Source: Clostridia bacterium
GTDB lineage: Bacteria > Bacillota > Clostridia > Oscillospirales > CAG-272
Reading direction: 5' to 3'
DNA: 64,000 nt
NCBI GenBank assembly: GCA_017504605.1
Contig: JAFVQW010000041.1
Location: 10,391-74,390 of the forward strand
Made by a program: the position numbers and the translations under genes. Position 1 is the stretch's first letter. Each line of letters begins with the position of its first letter. Of the stretch, positions 1 to 8,388 are shown piece by piece. Below the pieces are notes generated by a model. It worked only from the letters and a program-made list of their open reading frames with translations, searched no databases and was not told the origin of the DNA.

Positions 1-2
1 AG

Positions 3-368
3 TGGGTTCCCGAGGCAGACACTCGCGAGGGAGGCTACGTGAGCGAGGATGCGGAGCAGACGGTCGGCACTCAGCGCAGCAAGAATGCGGGCAATCTCTA
101 CGGCTACGTGGATACTCTTGAGAGCTACGACACGGGCGACGACTTCCTCGGCAAGAATATCGAGGGCGTATATATGATGCTCGGAAACGTGCAGTATCTT
201 CTTGACACCTACGGTCGAGATTACAAGCAGTATACGAGTGCGACTATGCTCGAGCGTATAGCTGCCTTCGACCGCTATCGCGCCATCTACGACGGATACG
301 TTAAGAACGCCGTCAAGGGTGAGGCCGCGGCCTCTGAGATGGTAGGGAAGCTGCTCGGCTTGAAATAA
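3..368 (+). CDS. 3' end of a gene starting upstream of the window: C-terminal tail of a heparinase II/III-like secreted protein, paralog of 48114..52658
   Basis: The frame is open from nt 3 (WVPEADTREGGYV...). The segments WVPEADTR and YDGYVKNAVKGEAAASEMVGKLLGLK align with WAPAADTRGYI and YDGFIKNANAAAATARELVGELFGSR at the C-terminus of the 1514-aa protein. Confidence 0.65.
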   Translation, partial: WVPEADTREGGYVSEDAEQTVGTQRSKNAGNLYGYVDTLESYDTGDDFLGKNIEGVYMMLGNVQYLLDTYGRDYKQYTSATMLERIAAFDRYRAIYDGYVKNAVKGEAAASEMVGKLLGLK

Positions 369-395
369 CAAGCCTATAGCCTCCTCTGCTTTAAA

Positions 396-647
396 TCCAA
401 GCCGACGAAGAAGGCTTGGTATGGCATCACGCGTTAGCGTGTATGGAATCCCGACTTCGTCGGGTATGGCATCAATTCGCAGGGCGAACTGTATGGAATC
501 CCGACTTCGTCGGGTATGGCATCTGCCGAAGGCGGTATTTTCGTCGGCTTGATTCCATACCGTCTGTGACGGATTCCATACCGTCTGTGACGGATTCCAT
601 ACCGTCTGCGACGGATTCCATCCACGGCTTCGCCGTGATTTGAAGGA
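396..647. repeat. Hairpin-punctuated repeat array, type A (GTATGGMATC x5, then inverted GATTCCATAC x4)
   Basis: Forward 10-mers lie at 419, 441, 464, 491 and 514. Reverse-complement 10-mers lie at 551, 572, 593 and 614. Every 11-17 nt spacer is a 3-5 bp GC mini-hairpin (acgc-gtta-gcgt, ccgac-ttc-gtcgg, cgtc-tgt-gacg, acggc-ttc-gccgt). An outer stem pairs caagccgacgaa (398-409) with ttcgtcggcttg (540-551). The element recurs at 55789..56170. Confidence 0.85.
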
Positions 648-689
648 GGCGGAGGGGTTGGTTAAGTACCCCGCGCAGTTATTAATTAC

Positions 690-702
690 TTAGTTCGCAA
701 AT
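690..702 (+). promoter_or_regulatory. Conserved TTAGTTCGCAAAT motif upstream of P1 (also upstream of P5)
   Basis: An identical 13-mer lies 40 nt before the P1 ATG and 36 nt before the P5 ATG (56225..56237). In both cases an AT-rich TATAAAAC stretch follows. The function is not established. Confidence 0.3.
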
Positions 703-741
703 GCCTATATATAAAACAAAAACAGAAAAGGAGAAAAAACC

Positions 742-3700
742 ATGCGAAACTTAGCAAAAATCTTGGCTCTTTTGCTTGTTCTTGCTCTTTGCGTTACCGG
801 TATCGTCCTTGCCGTAAGCGCTGACGAGCCTGAGCAGACAATCACAGAGCCGACCTTCGCCGGTATCAAGCCTAATCTTGTAAGGATTGACTCGGCGATA
901 GCAGCACAGCTTGTAGAAGCAGGATTTAATTATCTTGAGTTTGCAGACGAGGCTGCCTTCAACACCGCGAATGCGGGCGGATACGACGCTCTCGCAGCAG
1001 GCGGTAAGACGGGCGAGATCAACGTAACGGGCGGTACTTACATCTACCTGCTCGCTAATACGACCCTGAAGAGTTATTCGATCTCCGCACACAACCTTAG
1101 CACCTGGATTAACCTTGGCGGCAATAAGATTACCTGGCAGTGCAACGGCGGTACCGGTTATGCCCACAACCTCGCTGTATTTGACGGTGACCTTTATCAT
1201 CCGTGGTTTAGTGGAACCTCCGGCCACGCCGCTTACAGAATGTCCGGCGGATCTACGTCTAACGTCTCAGTGGAAAAAGTTACTTTTTCGACGAACAGCA
1301 CGAGCGGCAGATTCTTCTCGAGCGAGGGGACTGCTACTCTCAATCTTTACGTTAATGATTCGACTGTTAACGCAGCCGGCAAGCCGTTCGTTCACATGGG
1401 ATTTGGCGCGGGTGACGCACCCACTGTCAATCTCATACTAAAGAAAACCAACATTACAACTTCCGGAGCAGTTGTAAACTTTGATAATAGTATCTGCACG
1501 GATAAATCGAATCTGTCGATTTATATCGACGGTGCGTCTAAGCTTGACGCTATCATACTTGCAAATGCTACGATCATCACTCCTACCGTTACCGTTGCAA
1601 ACGGTGCGAGCTTCACCGCCAACGGCCGTGCTGCAGTTCAGTCTGCGGGCACTCTCGTTACCGAGAGCGGTGCGGAATTATACAACACCGAGGAAGGCAC
1701 TCATCCCTTCGTTATGATGGTGCCCCCCACCATTCCCGACGATACCAACTTCACCGCGAGTGCGGACTTCAAGACTGCTAACGGCGCTTTCGTCGTATAC
1801 GCTAACGAGTTCGACTTCTACGCAGACCTTGAGGGTGGCGTTATCGACGGTCTCGTTGACGGCAATAGCGTTATCGTTGACGACAACGGTGACACCTTCC
1901 CCACCTCGGGCTACGTTTGTATGCTTCAGAACTACACGCTCCAGCCCGCGTCGACAATCAACGTTACCGGAAAGCTGAAGATTAACCTCGGCGGCACCAC
2001 CTTTACCGAGTCGAGTATTGATACTCTTACCGTCGCTGCTAACGGAGTTCTCGGCATTTACAACGGTAAACTTATAGATGGCTTAAACAGCAATAAACCC
2101 ACGAACACTCTCCTTGCCGGTACGACTCTCAAGGTTAAGAACGTTACCCTTGAGACGACGGGCAACTGGGAGAACTGGTCTTCCACCTTCTGCTTTAACG
2201 GTACGGCTGACATAAGCTTCGAGGACTGTGTTATAAACCATAAAAGCATGCAGACGACTATCGTTAAGCTTGCCGGCGCGGCTTCCTATAACATAGACCT
2301 TAAGAACGTTAATTACAGTAACAGCAAGGGCCACACGATAGCTACCGTGCACAACAGTGGTTACAACTATATTAATAAGAACGGCTCGTACTACGGCTTC
2401 GTATCCACCAACGTGGCGGCTACGATTAATCTCAGCGTTGACAAGGACTGCGTTGTAAACAGCGGTATTCTCGTTAACGCCATGACAACCGGTGCTAAGA
2501 TTACGCTTAACGCCGAGCTCGGATTTAAGATCTGGAGCAACGACTTCACCACCAGTTACATTGTGAAGTCTGTTCAGGATCTGGTAAATAAGAATAACGG
2601 TCTTCCTTGGAACCCCGAATCTGATTTGACCTATACCGCCGTCACTATCGTTGACACCCTTAACTTCACGGAGAACGGCGAGATTGTTACGGCTTCGTTC
2701 GCGAAGAACGGCGACTTCTACGTCGCTTGGAAGGCTGCCAGCGTTACCTGGTACGACAAGAACGGCGATGTTATCTCCTCCGTCGATAACCTCACTCCCG
2801 ATATGGCGCTCACCGCTCCTAAGGAGTTCGTTAACGAAATTATCGCGGTTGAGGGCGGCTACGCTATCAGAGGCGGCGCTTGGTCCGATACTGAGGGCGG
2901 CAGTGCGGTTGAAATTCCCACCGAGATTACTGCCGGCGCAGCTTACGCCTTCTACGAGGTATATACCGAGCAGGCAGCTACCATCGTCGTATTTGACGGC
3001 GAGGGCGGTAGTGCCGTTGATGCATATGCTACCACGAAGCTTACCAAGGATATCGTAGGCGAGTTCCCCGCAGGTGCGTACGTTCTCGTTTGCACCGACC
3101 TTACCGTTGATTACGGCGAAGTCGTTGATATGACCTTTGACAACTACAAGGGCGACCTTACCATCGACCTTGGCGGAAAAACCCTCACCCAGACGAGCTA
3201 CGGCTGGGGTATCGGTATGGCGTGGGCTACTCCCGCGGCAGGCGTTACCGTAACCATTAAGAACGGTGCTATCAACGTTGCTACCACCGCTACCAGCCAG
3301 AATGACATTGCAACTCTTATCTCGGGCACGGGCGCAGGTACGCTTAAGTTCCACGGCGTTGACATCACCACCCTTGGCCACGTAGGTAACATCAAGGCAG
3401 GCAGCGTTGTATTCGAGCTCTGCACCATCAAGCAGCCCAATACCGCTACCAACTGGTCTACGTTCACAATTGCCGACGTAAGCGCGGAAACGAGCGTCGA
3501 CCTCCAGCTCCTCGGAACCTGTCTGAACGTTCAGCAAAATAACGGCGCAAGGTTCACTAGCATAAATGCGGGAACGTACGCGAAGAACATCAGCATCACC
3601 GTTTCCGACTACGAGGGTACGTACTCCTATATCAGGAGTGCATATCTCTACACCTTCACGAGCAAGGGAACCGAAAAGCTTCACGCAGATACCAAGCTTA

Positions 3701-4842
3701 GCTTCACGCTCGAGAACTGCTACGTAAGTGCATACAACAACATGATATCGGGCTGCGGCACGTTCCTTTGGGACACCGACGGCACGGGTACCTATGCGGC
3801 GAACGCTGCGCTTGATAAGCAGAACGTCTCCTTCACCTTCGACAACTTCTTCTATTCGAGAAACGACCTCTTTGATTATGAGAAGAGAAAGAGCCACGTA
3901 ATTCTTAAGACGGCTAACCTCAACGCGTATAAGATAGTTTCGACGGCGACCTCGAGCAACAGCTTTATTGCAATTCCCGAGCTCAATATAGACGTTAACC
4001 TTACGCTTTACAGCGACTTCAACCTTAACCTCTATATTCCCACCGACTTCGTGGCAGACCAGATTACCTATCTCGGTCAGGTTATATTCGATAAGTCGCT
4101 TGCCGACACCTACGACGTAGTTGACGGAAAGTATAAGATAGTTATCGAGAACATTGCTCCCAACAAGGCTGCGAAGAGCATAGAGCTCGGCTTCGTATTC
4201 AACGAGACCGTAACCTTCAACGAGGGCACGAGTATGAGAGACAGAGACATATCTCATACTCTTACCGCAAAGTATTCGGTAATCAAGTATGCGGCTGACC
4301 TCATCGCTACCAACGACGCTAAGAGCGTTGCAGCTATGAAGGCTCTTCTCGGCTACGTTGACGCAGCATATGACAACTTCGACGGCGACGAGAGCGACGA
4401 GGCTACCGTAGCTCTTCTTGACGAGCTTATCGCTGAGAACGGCGTTGCTGCATTCCTTGCGGGCTACACTCCCAAGGCGAGTGAGGGCGACACCGACTTC
4501 GTTACGGTCACCGGCGTTACCGCTGCCTTCCAGATTGGCGCCGTATCTAAGCTCTACGTGACGTTCCCCGCAGGCGCTGAGTGGTCTATCGTAGGCGACA
4601 AGCTTACTAAGACCGGCAAGGGCGGCGAGTGCGTAATCGAGCTTCCCGCATACGCTCTTACCGACGTGCTTACCATAACCGTTGGCGGCGAGACTGCTAC
4701 CTTCTCCTTCGGAGAGTACGCAGAGTATCTTATGAATGACGGCATTGACAACGCGACAGAGGACGCTGTTCTCGTTGCAATGTACGCATACGGCGAGACT
4801 GCAAGAGCTCTCAAGGCTCAGGTCGACGCCGAGAATGCATAA
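742..4842 (+). CDS. P1: 1366-aa secreted protein, largest (three-module) member of the paralogous P family, function unknown
   Basis: Has a ribosome-binding site (aaaaggag) and a Sec signal peptide (MRNLAKILALLLVLALCVTGIVLAVSA/DEP). Three modules each start [GA]Y[VI]..L and lead to INLGG/IDLGGxxLT. Also contains a VTWYDKNGD...GGAWSDTEGG segment and the family C-terminal domain (LTLYSDFNLNLYIP ... FSFGEYAEYLMNDG ... MYAYGETARALKA). Confidence 0.9.
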   Translation: MRNLAKILALLLVLALCVTGIVLAVSADEPEQTITEPTFAGIKPNLVRIDSAIAAQLVEAGFNYLEFADEAAFNTANAGGYDALAAGGKTGEINVTGGTYIYLLANTTLKSYSISAHNLSTWINLGGNKITWQCNGGTGYAHNLAVFDGDLYHPWFSGTSGHAAYRMSGGSTSNVSVEKVTFSTNSTSGRFFSSEGTATLNLYVNDSTVNAAGKPFVHMGFGAGDAPTVNLILKKTNITTSGAVVNFDNSICTDKSNLSIYIDGASKLDAIILANATIITPTVTVANGASFTANGRAAVQSAGTLVTESGAELYNTEEGTHPFVMMVPPTIPDDTNFTASADFKTANGAFVVYANEFDFYADLEGGVIDGLVDGNSVIVDDNGDTFPTSGYVCMLQNYTLQPASTINVTGKLKINLGGTTFTESSIDTLTVAANGVLGIYNGKLIDGLNSNKPTNTLLAGTTLKVKNVTLETTGNWENWSSTFCFNGTADISFEDCVINHKSMQTTIVKLAGAASYNIDLKNVNYSNSKGHTIATVHNSGYNYINKNGSYYGFVSTNVAATINLSVDKDCVVNSGILVNAMTTGAKITLNAELGFKIWSNDFTTSYIVKSVQDLVNKNNGLPWNPESDLTYTAVTIVDTLNFTENGEIVTASFAKNGDFYVAWKAASVTWYDKNGDVISSVDNLTPDMALTAPKEFVNEIIAVEGGYAIRGGAWSDTEGGSAVEIPTEITAGAAYAFYEVYTEQAATIVVFDGEGGSAVDAYATTKLTKDIVGEFPAGAYVLVCTDLTVDYGEVVDMTFDNYKGDLTIDLGGKTLTQTSYGWGIGMAWATPAAGVTVTIKNGAINVATTATSQNDIATLISGTGAGTLKFHGVDITTLGHVGNIKAGSVVFELCTIKQPNTATNWSTFTIADVSAETSVDLQLLGTCLNVQQNNGARFTSINAGTYAKNISITVSDYEGTYSYIRSAYLYTFTSKGTEKLHADTKLSFTLENCYVSAYNNMISGCGTFLWDTDGTGTYAANAALDKQNVSFTFDNFFYSRNDLFDYEKRKSHVILKTANLNAYKIVSTATSSNSFIAIPELNIDVNLTLYSDFNLNLYIPTDFVADQITYLGQVIFDKSLADTYDVVDGKYKIVIENIAPNKAAKSIELGFVFNETVTFNEGTSMRDRDISHTLTAKYSVIKYAADLIATNDAKSVAAMKALLGYVDAAYDNFDGDESDEATVALLDELIAENGVAAFLAGYTPKASEGDTDFVTVTGVTAAFQIGAVSKLYVTFPAGAEWSIVGDKLTKTGKGGECVIELPAYALTDVLTITVGGETATFSFGEYAEYLMNDGIDNATEDAVLVAMYAYGETARALKAQVDAENA

Positions 4843-4855
4843 GGAGGGACATAAA

Positions 4856-4966
4856 ATGAAAAAGTATGAATCTCCCGAAATCAAAATCACGAGCGTAGAA
4901 GCATCGGATATTATTACCGTGTCCTACGGTAGTACCCCCTGGCTTAACGCAGGATTTGAGTGGTAA
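4856..4966 (+). CDS. Conserved 36-aa peptide MKKYESPEIKITSVEASDIITVSYGSTPWLNAGFEW
   Basis: AAGGAGGGA lies 6 nt upstream of the ATG, and the gene starts 13 nt after the P1 stop. A second copy at 59409..59519 is 29/36 identical, with 9 codons differing only synonymously. Confidence 0.7.
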   Translation: MKKYESPEIKITSVEASDIITVSYGSTPWLNAGFEW

Positions 4967-4973
4967 AAGCCAC

Positions 4974-5206
4974 GTTCCATATCCCCCTCGCCCTCGGGCG
5001 AGGGGATATGGAGTTATATTGCTCGCGCGGCGAGCAGTTATATTGTTGCTTCGCAACAGTTATATTCGCCTTGCGGCGAGTTAGATTAAAGTGAAAGTTG
5101 AAAACCGAGAGTTGAAGGTGACCGTATACATTTTCAATTTTCCGTTTTCCATTTTCAATTAAAATAGCGCGCACAGCGCGCATTCTATACACCCCGGGAG
5201 GTAATT
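4974..5206 (+). repeat. Conserved intergenic cassette, copy 1 (strong hairpin + AGTTATATT/hairpin array + AGTTGAA/TTCAATT arms + 5' leader of P2)
   Basis: Near-identical to 8389..8625 and related to 59524..59713. Contains a 15-bp stem at 4977..5011 (ccatatccccctcgcc/ggcgaggggatatgg). AGTTATATT occurs at 5012, 5036 and 5058 (AGTTAGATT at 5079), separated by mini-hairpins. A gcgcgc-aca-gcgcgc hairpin precedes the ribosome-binding site GGGAGG. Confidence 0.85.
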
Positions 5207-8200
5207 ATGAAAAAAATGAGAAGGCTTTTTGCTCTTTTGACCGTGGCGGCGCTTCTGTGTGCCGCGCTCACGCTCGCGGTGGGCGCGAATACCGACGGCG
5301 CGGGAGCCGAATATCTTGACGAGGTGCCCGAGGACCTGAGCTTCACCGCGACTTCCGAGCTCGCGGCGGCCTCCGGCAGCTACGTCGTCTATGAGAGCGA
5401 GCTCGACTTCTACCGCGACCTCGAGAACGGCGTTATCGACGGCCTCGCGGACGGTGAGAGCGTTATATCCACAAAGACCTTCACGGATTTCCCGACCTCG
5501 GGCTACGTGTGTATGCTTAAGAACTTCACCCTTCAGCCGAAGACGGTCGGAAGCCCCGTAAGCATTCCCGCGGGCGGCTCGCTTAAGATTAATCTCGGCG
5601 GTCACACCTTCACCGAGAAGGGCTGTGCGGGCAAGAGCGGAAACACCGACGGCTGTACCCCCATATCCGTCGGCGCCGGTGCTACACTCGGCTTCTATAA
5701 CGGCTCTCTTGTGGATAGCCTGTCGAGTAAGTTTACCACCAACCTCATGGCCGCGGGTGCGAGACTCGAGCTTCGGGATATCAACCTCACCGCGAGAATG
5801 ACCTGGGAGAACTGGTCGAGCACCTTCCAGTTCAACGGCGCGGGCAGTGTGCTTATGGATAACTGCAAGGTCACTCAGGGCACCCAGGTAACCGTATTCT
5901 ATATGAACGGCAACAGTACTCTTGACTTCGATATTCGGGGGCTTGACTATACCGACAACGGAACGCACACCCTCTACAACAAGAACACCGGTGCCGTGCA
6001 GAATAACGGAGCCTTCTACGGTATGATTTCGACCTCGAGAGCGGGTGCAACCCTCAATCTTAACGTTGACGGCGACACCGTCGTTCGCTCGGGCAACCTC
6101 GTAAACTGCTCCGTCTCGGGAGCTACGGTAAATCTCAACGCCGAGGTCGGCTTCACAATGGCGCGCGAGAGCTTCGTTAACGATTACATACAGCACTCCG
6201 CGTTCCAGAACTTCAGCTCCGTCGACAGGCTCAGCGTTATCGTCGACGGCGTCGTTGACAGCGAGAGCAACGCTACCTTCGTTTCATCGGGTGGCCTCTA
6301 CGTTCTTAAGATAATTGATGCAACGATTTATTGGTACGACGAGCACGGCGTGCTTCTTTTCGAGCAGAGTGCCGTGTCGGGTGAGATTCCCGCGTACGAC
6401 TACGCGCTCCCTGCGTTCGGTGTTTTTGGCGACGCGGCCTACAAGCTCACCGCGGGCGGCTGGGCTCTCTCGGCCGACGGTGACGTTCTCGACGAGCTTT
6501 CCCCCGTTATGAAGTCTGAGGGCGAGAGAAAATATTACTACGTTCCCGAGAAGACCGCTCTTGCGGTTGCCGTCTTCTCCGATGACACCTGTCGGAGCAT
6601 TGTCGGCGGCTGGGTCGACAGACAGATAACGAGAGAGCTTCTCGCTACAATCCCCGCGGGTGCCTACGTTAAGCTCTTCGGCGATATAGGCGTGAACCCC
6701 GGTCTCACGGATGCCGCCGCTACTGTAATGGATAATTACGCAACGGGTATAGTCTTTGACCTCTCGGGCTACACGATGGTTCACCTGAAGGAGGGCGAGT
6801 CGGCTAAGCGCTGGGCCCCCCTTGACGGCAAAACCATCACCTTCAAGAACGGAAAAATGCAGGTAATAGGCGAGGACAGCCTCATCTGTTCCGAGGCAAG
6901 CGGCGGCAGCATCAGGCTCTATGACGTTCTGCTCGTCTCGGATGCCAAGACCGCGCCCATTCTCGAGCTTCGCTCGGGCAGGGTAGAGCTATATGGCGGC
7001 TCGATATTCTCGCTCGGCACGACTCCGATTTCCTGTAATGCCTACAGCTCCTCCTCGAGCGCTACGCTTACGCTCGGGCTCCACGGAGTTGATATAGATG
7101 CGGCCGATAATCCTCTTATGACCGTCTCCGTCGCGCAGAAGGCCGACAGGGCGGCCGCCGTAGACGTCACGGTCGGCGCGTATGACGACGTGCCCACCAC
7201 CCTTCGCTCGGGCTCGTTTATTTCCTTCGGTGATATGACGGCTCTCTCGAGGGCCACCACCGTCACCGTATCCGTAAGAGACACCTACGCTCTCCTTACG
7301 GGCGAGGCTCTCGTCGGTGCGGACGGCGCTATTGCGACCTGGTACGATGCCGTGACGGGCAACTCCGCGGCAGACACCGCGACCGAGGCTCGCAATATAA
7401 GGCTTTCCTTCGACAATTATTACACCAACCGTCGGCTTACGCAAATCGGCTCGGCGAGCCTCGAGTGCGGCGTTACGATCACAGCGGAGGGTATGGGCCG
7501 ATACACCGTAATTTACAGTGCGCCGAAGCTCGAGGGCCCCATGGCCTCTCTCACTCTCGAGAGCGACTTCGACCTCAACCTCTACGTTCCACAAAGCTCG
7601 AACGTAGTTAAGATAATGATAGGCGATGCGGTTCTCTTCGACCGTAACGATCCCACAACCTACGAGCTCTCCGAGGGCGTTTACAGATTCGCTATATCGG
7701 GCATATCCCCCGAGAATGCGGCAAGCTATATCGCTCTTGATATAACCTACGTCGACGAGATCGTGGTTCCCGAGGTGGGGAAGGCCGAGCTCGACTTCAC
7801 CGTCCGCGCCTACTACTCGGTGATAAATTATGCCGAGGACCTTCTCGAGAGTGCCGACGGCACCACCGAGGCTAAGAACGCTATGAGGGCGCTCCTCGCA
7901 TACGTTCGCGCGGCGTATGACAACTTTGAGGGCAGTGGCAGCCCCGAGCTTCTTTCAAGACTTGACAGCCTTTACACCGAGTACGGTGCAGGGGCGTACG
8001 TTGACTCGCTCGCGGGCGATATTCGCGGCGATGATAGCGACTTCGGTGCTGAGAGCGGAATTACCGCACAGTTCGCCATAGGCTCGGTAACGAAGCTCTA
8101 CATCAGCTTCCCCGAGAGCGTGGACTACGTCATCACCGACGCCGAGAGCGGCGTCACGGTGGCTATCGGCACGGGCAGAGCCTGCACGGTAGAGCTCCCC

Positions 8201-8383
8201 GCATATCTTCTTGCCGAGACTCTTGAGATTACCGTCGGCGACAAATCCGCTATCTTCTCCTTCGGCGAGTATGCCGATGCGCTTATGAATGACGGCACAG
8301 AGAACGCCTCCGAGGATGCGGTGCTCCGTGCTATGTACGCGTACGGCAGGGCGGCGAAGGCGCTTCGCGCGGCTAAGGCCTGA
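5207..8383 (+). CDS. P2: 1058-aa secreted protein of the P family
   Basis: Signal peptide MKKMRRLFALLTVAALLCAALTLAVGA. Family motifs present: YVVYESELDFYRDLENGVIDGLADG, GYVCMLKNFTLQP...KINLGGHTFTE, IYWYDEHG, FDLSGYTMVH, LTLESDFDLNLYVP, FSFGEYADALMNDG...MYAYGRAAKALRA. Confidence 0.9.
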   Translation: MKKMRRLFALLTVAALLCAALTLAVGANTDGAGAEYLDEVPEDLSFTATSELAAASGSYVVYESELDFYRDLENGVIDGLADGESVISTKTFTDFPTSGYVCMLKNFTLQPKTVGSPVSIPAGGSLKINLGGHTFTEKGCAGKSGNTDGCTPISVGAGATLGFYNGSLVDSLSSKFTTNLMAAGARLELRDINLTARMTWENWSSTFQFNGAGSVLMDNCKVTQGTQVTVFYMNGNSTLDFDIRGLDYTDNGTHTLYNKNTGAVQNNGAFYGMISTSRAGATLNLNVDGDTVVRSGNLVNCSVSGATVNLNAEVGFTMARESFVNDYIQHSAFQNFSSVDRLSVIVDGVVDSESNATFVSSGGLYVLKIIDATIYWYDEHGVLLFEQSAVSGEIPAYDYALPAFGVFGDAAYKLTAGGWALSADGDVLDELSPVMKSEGERKYYYVPEKTALAVAVFSDDTCRSIVGGWVDRQITRELLATIPAGAYVKLFGDIGVNPGLTDAAATVMDNYATGIVFDLSGYTMVHLKEGESAKRWAPLDGKTITFKNGKMQVIGEDSLICSEASGGSIRLYDVLLVSDAKTAPILELRSGRVELYGGSIFSLGTTPISCNAYSSSSSATLTLGLHGVDIDAADNPLMTVSVAQKADRAAAVDVTVGAYDDVPTTLRSGSFISFGDMTALSRATTVTVSVRDTYALLTGEALVGADGAIATWYDAVTGNSAADTATEARNIRLSFDNYYTNRRLTQIGSASLECGVTITAEGMGRYTVIYSAPKLEGPMASLTLESDFDLNLYVPQSSNVVKIMIGDAVLFDRNDPTTYELSEGVYRFAISGISPENAASYIALDITYVDEIVVPEVGKAELDFTVRAYYSVINYAEDLLESADGTTEAKNAMRALLAYVRAAYDNFEGSGSPELLSRLDSLYTEYGAGAYVDSLAGDIRGDDSDFGAESGITAQFAIGSVTKLYISFPESVDYVITDAESGVTVAIGTGRACTVELPAYLLAETLEITVGDKSAIFSFGEYADALMNDGTENASEDAVLRAMYAYGRAAKALRAAKA

Positions 8384-8388
8384 CGGCT

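Noticed and set aside
416-643. ORFs 416..643 (+) and 434..625 (-), and likewise 55352..55966, 55746..55979 and 55843..56253
   Set aside because: They lie entirely within the hairpin-repeat elements. Their peptide repeats (SIPSVTD, RRRYGIRH) merely mirror the DNA repeats, and they have no ribosome-binding site.
396-647. CRISPR array
   Set aside because: The repeats are only 10 nt and the spacers 11-17 nt. The spacers are self-complementary and some are identical. The repeat orientation flips midway. No cas genes or leader are present.
2083-4890. 935-aa antisense ORF inside P1. Similar cases: 5159..6196, 10167..11738, 44781..47762, 49329..51947, 57128..59464, 60407..62689, 29622..30983, 33760..34902.
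   Set aside because: These are stop-free antisense frames of GC-rich, codon-biased genes. Their translations are low-complexity (V/R/G/A-rich) with no ribosome-binding site, signal or motif, while the sense strand carries clear homology or paralogy.
4977-5011. Calling the big cassette stem a canonical intrinsic terminator
   Set aside because: The GC stem is strong but is followed by agttatatt rather than a U-tract. It may terminate, stabilise or be processed. It is left as part of the cassette pending transcript-end mapping.
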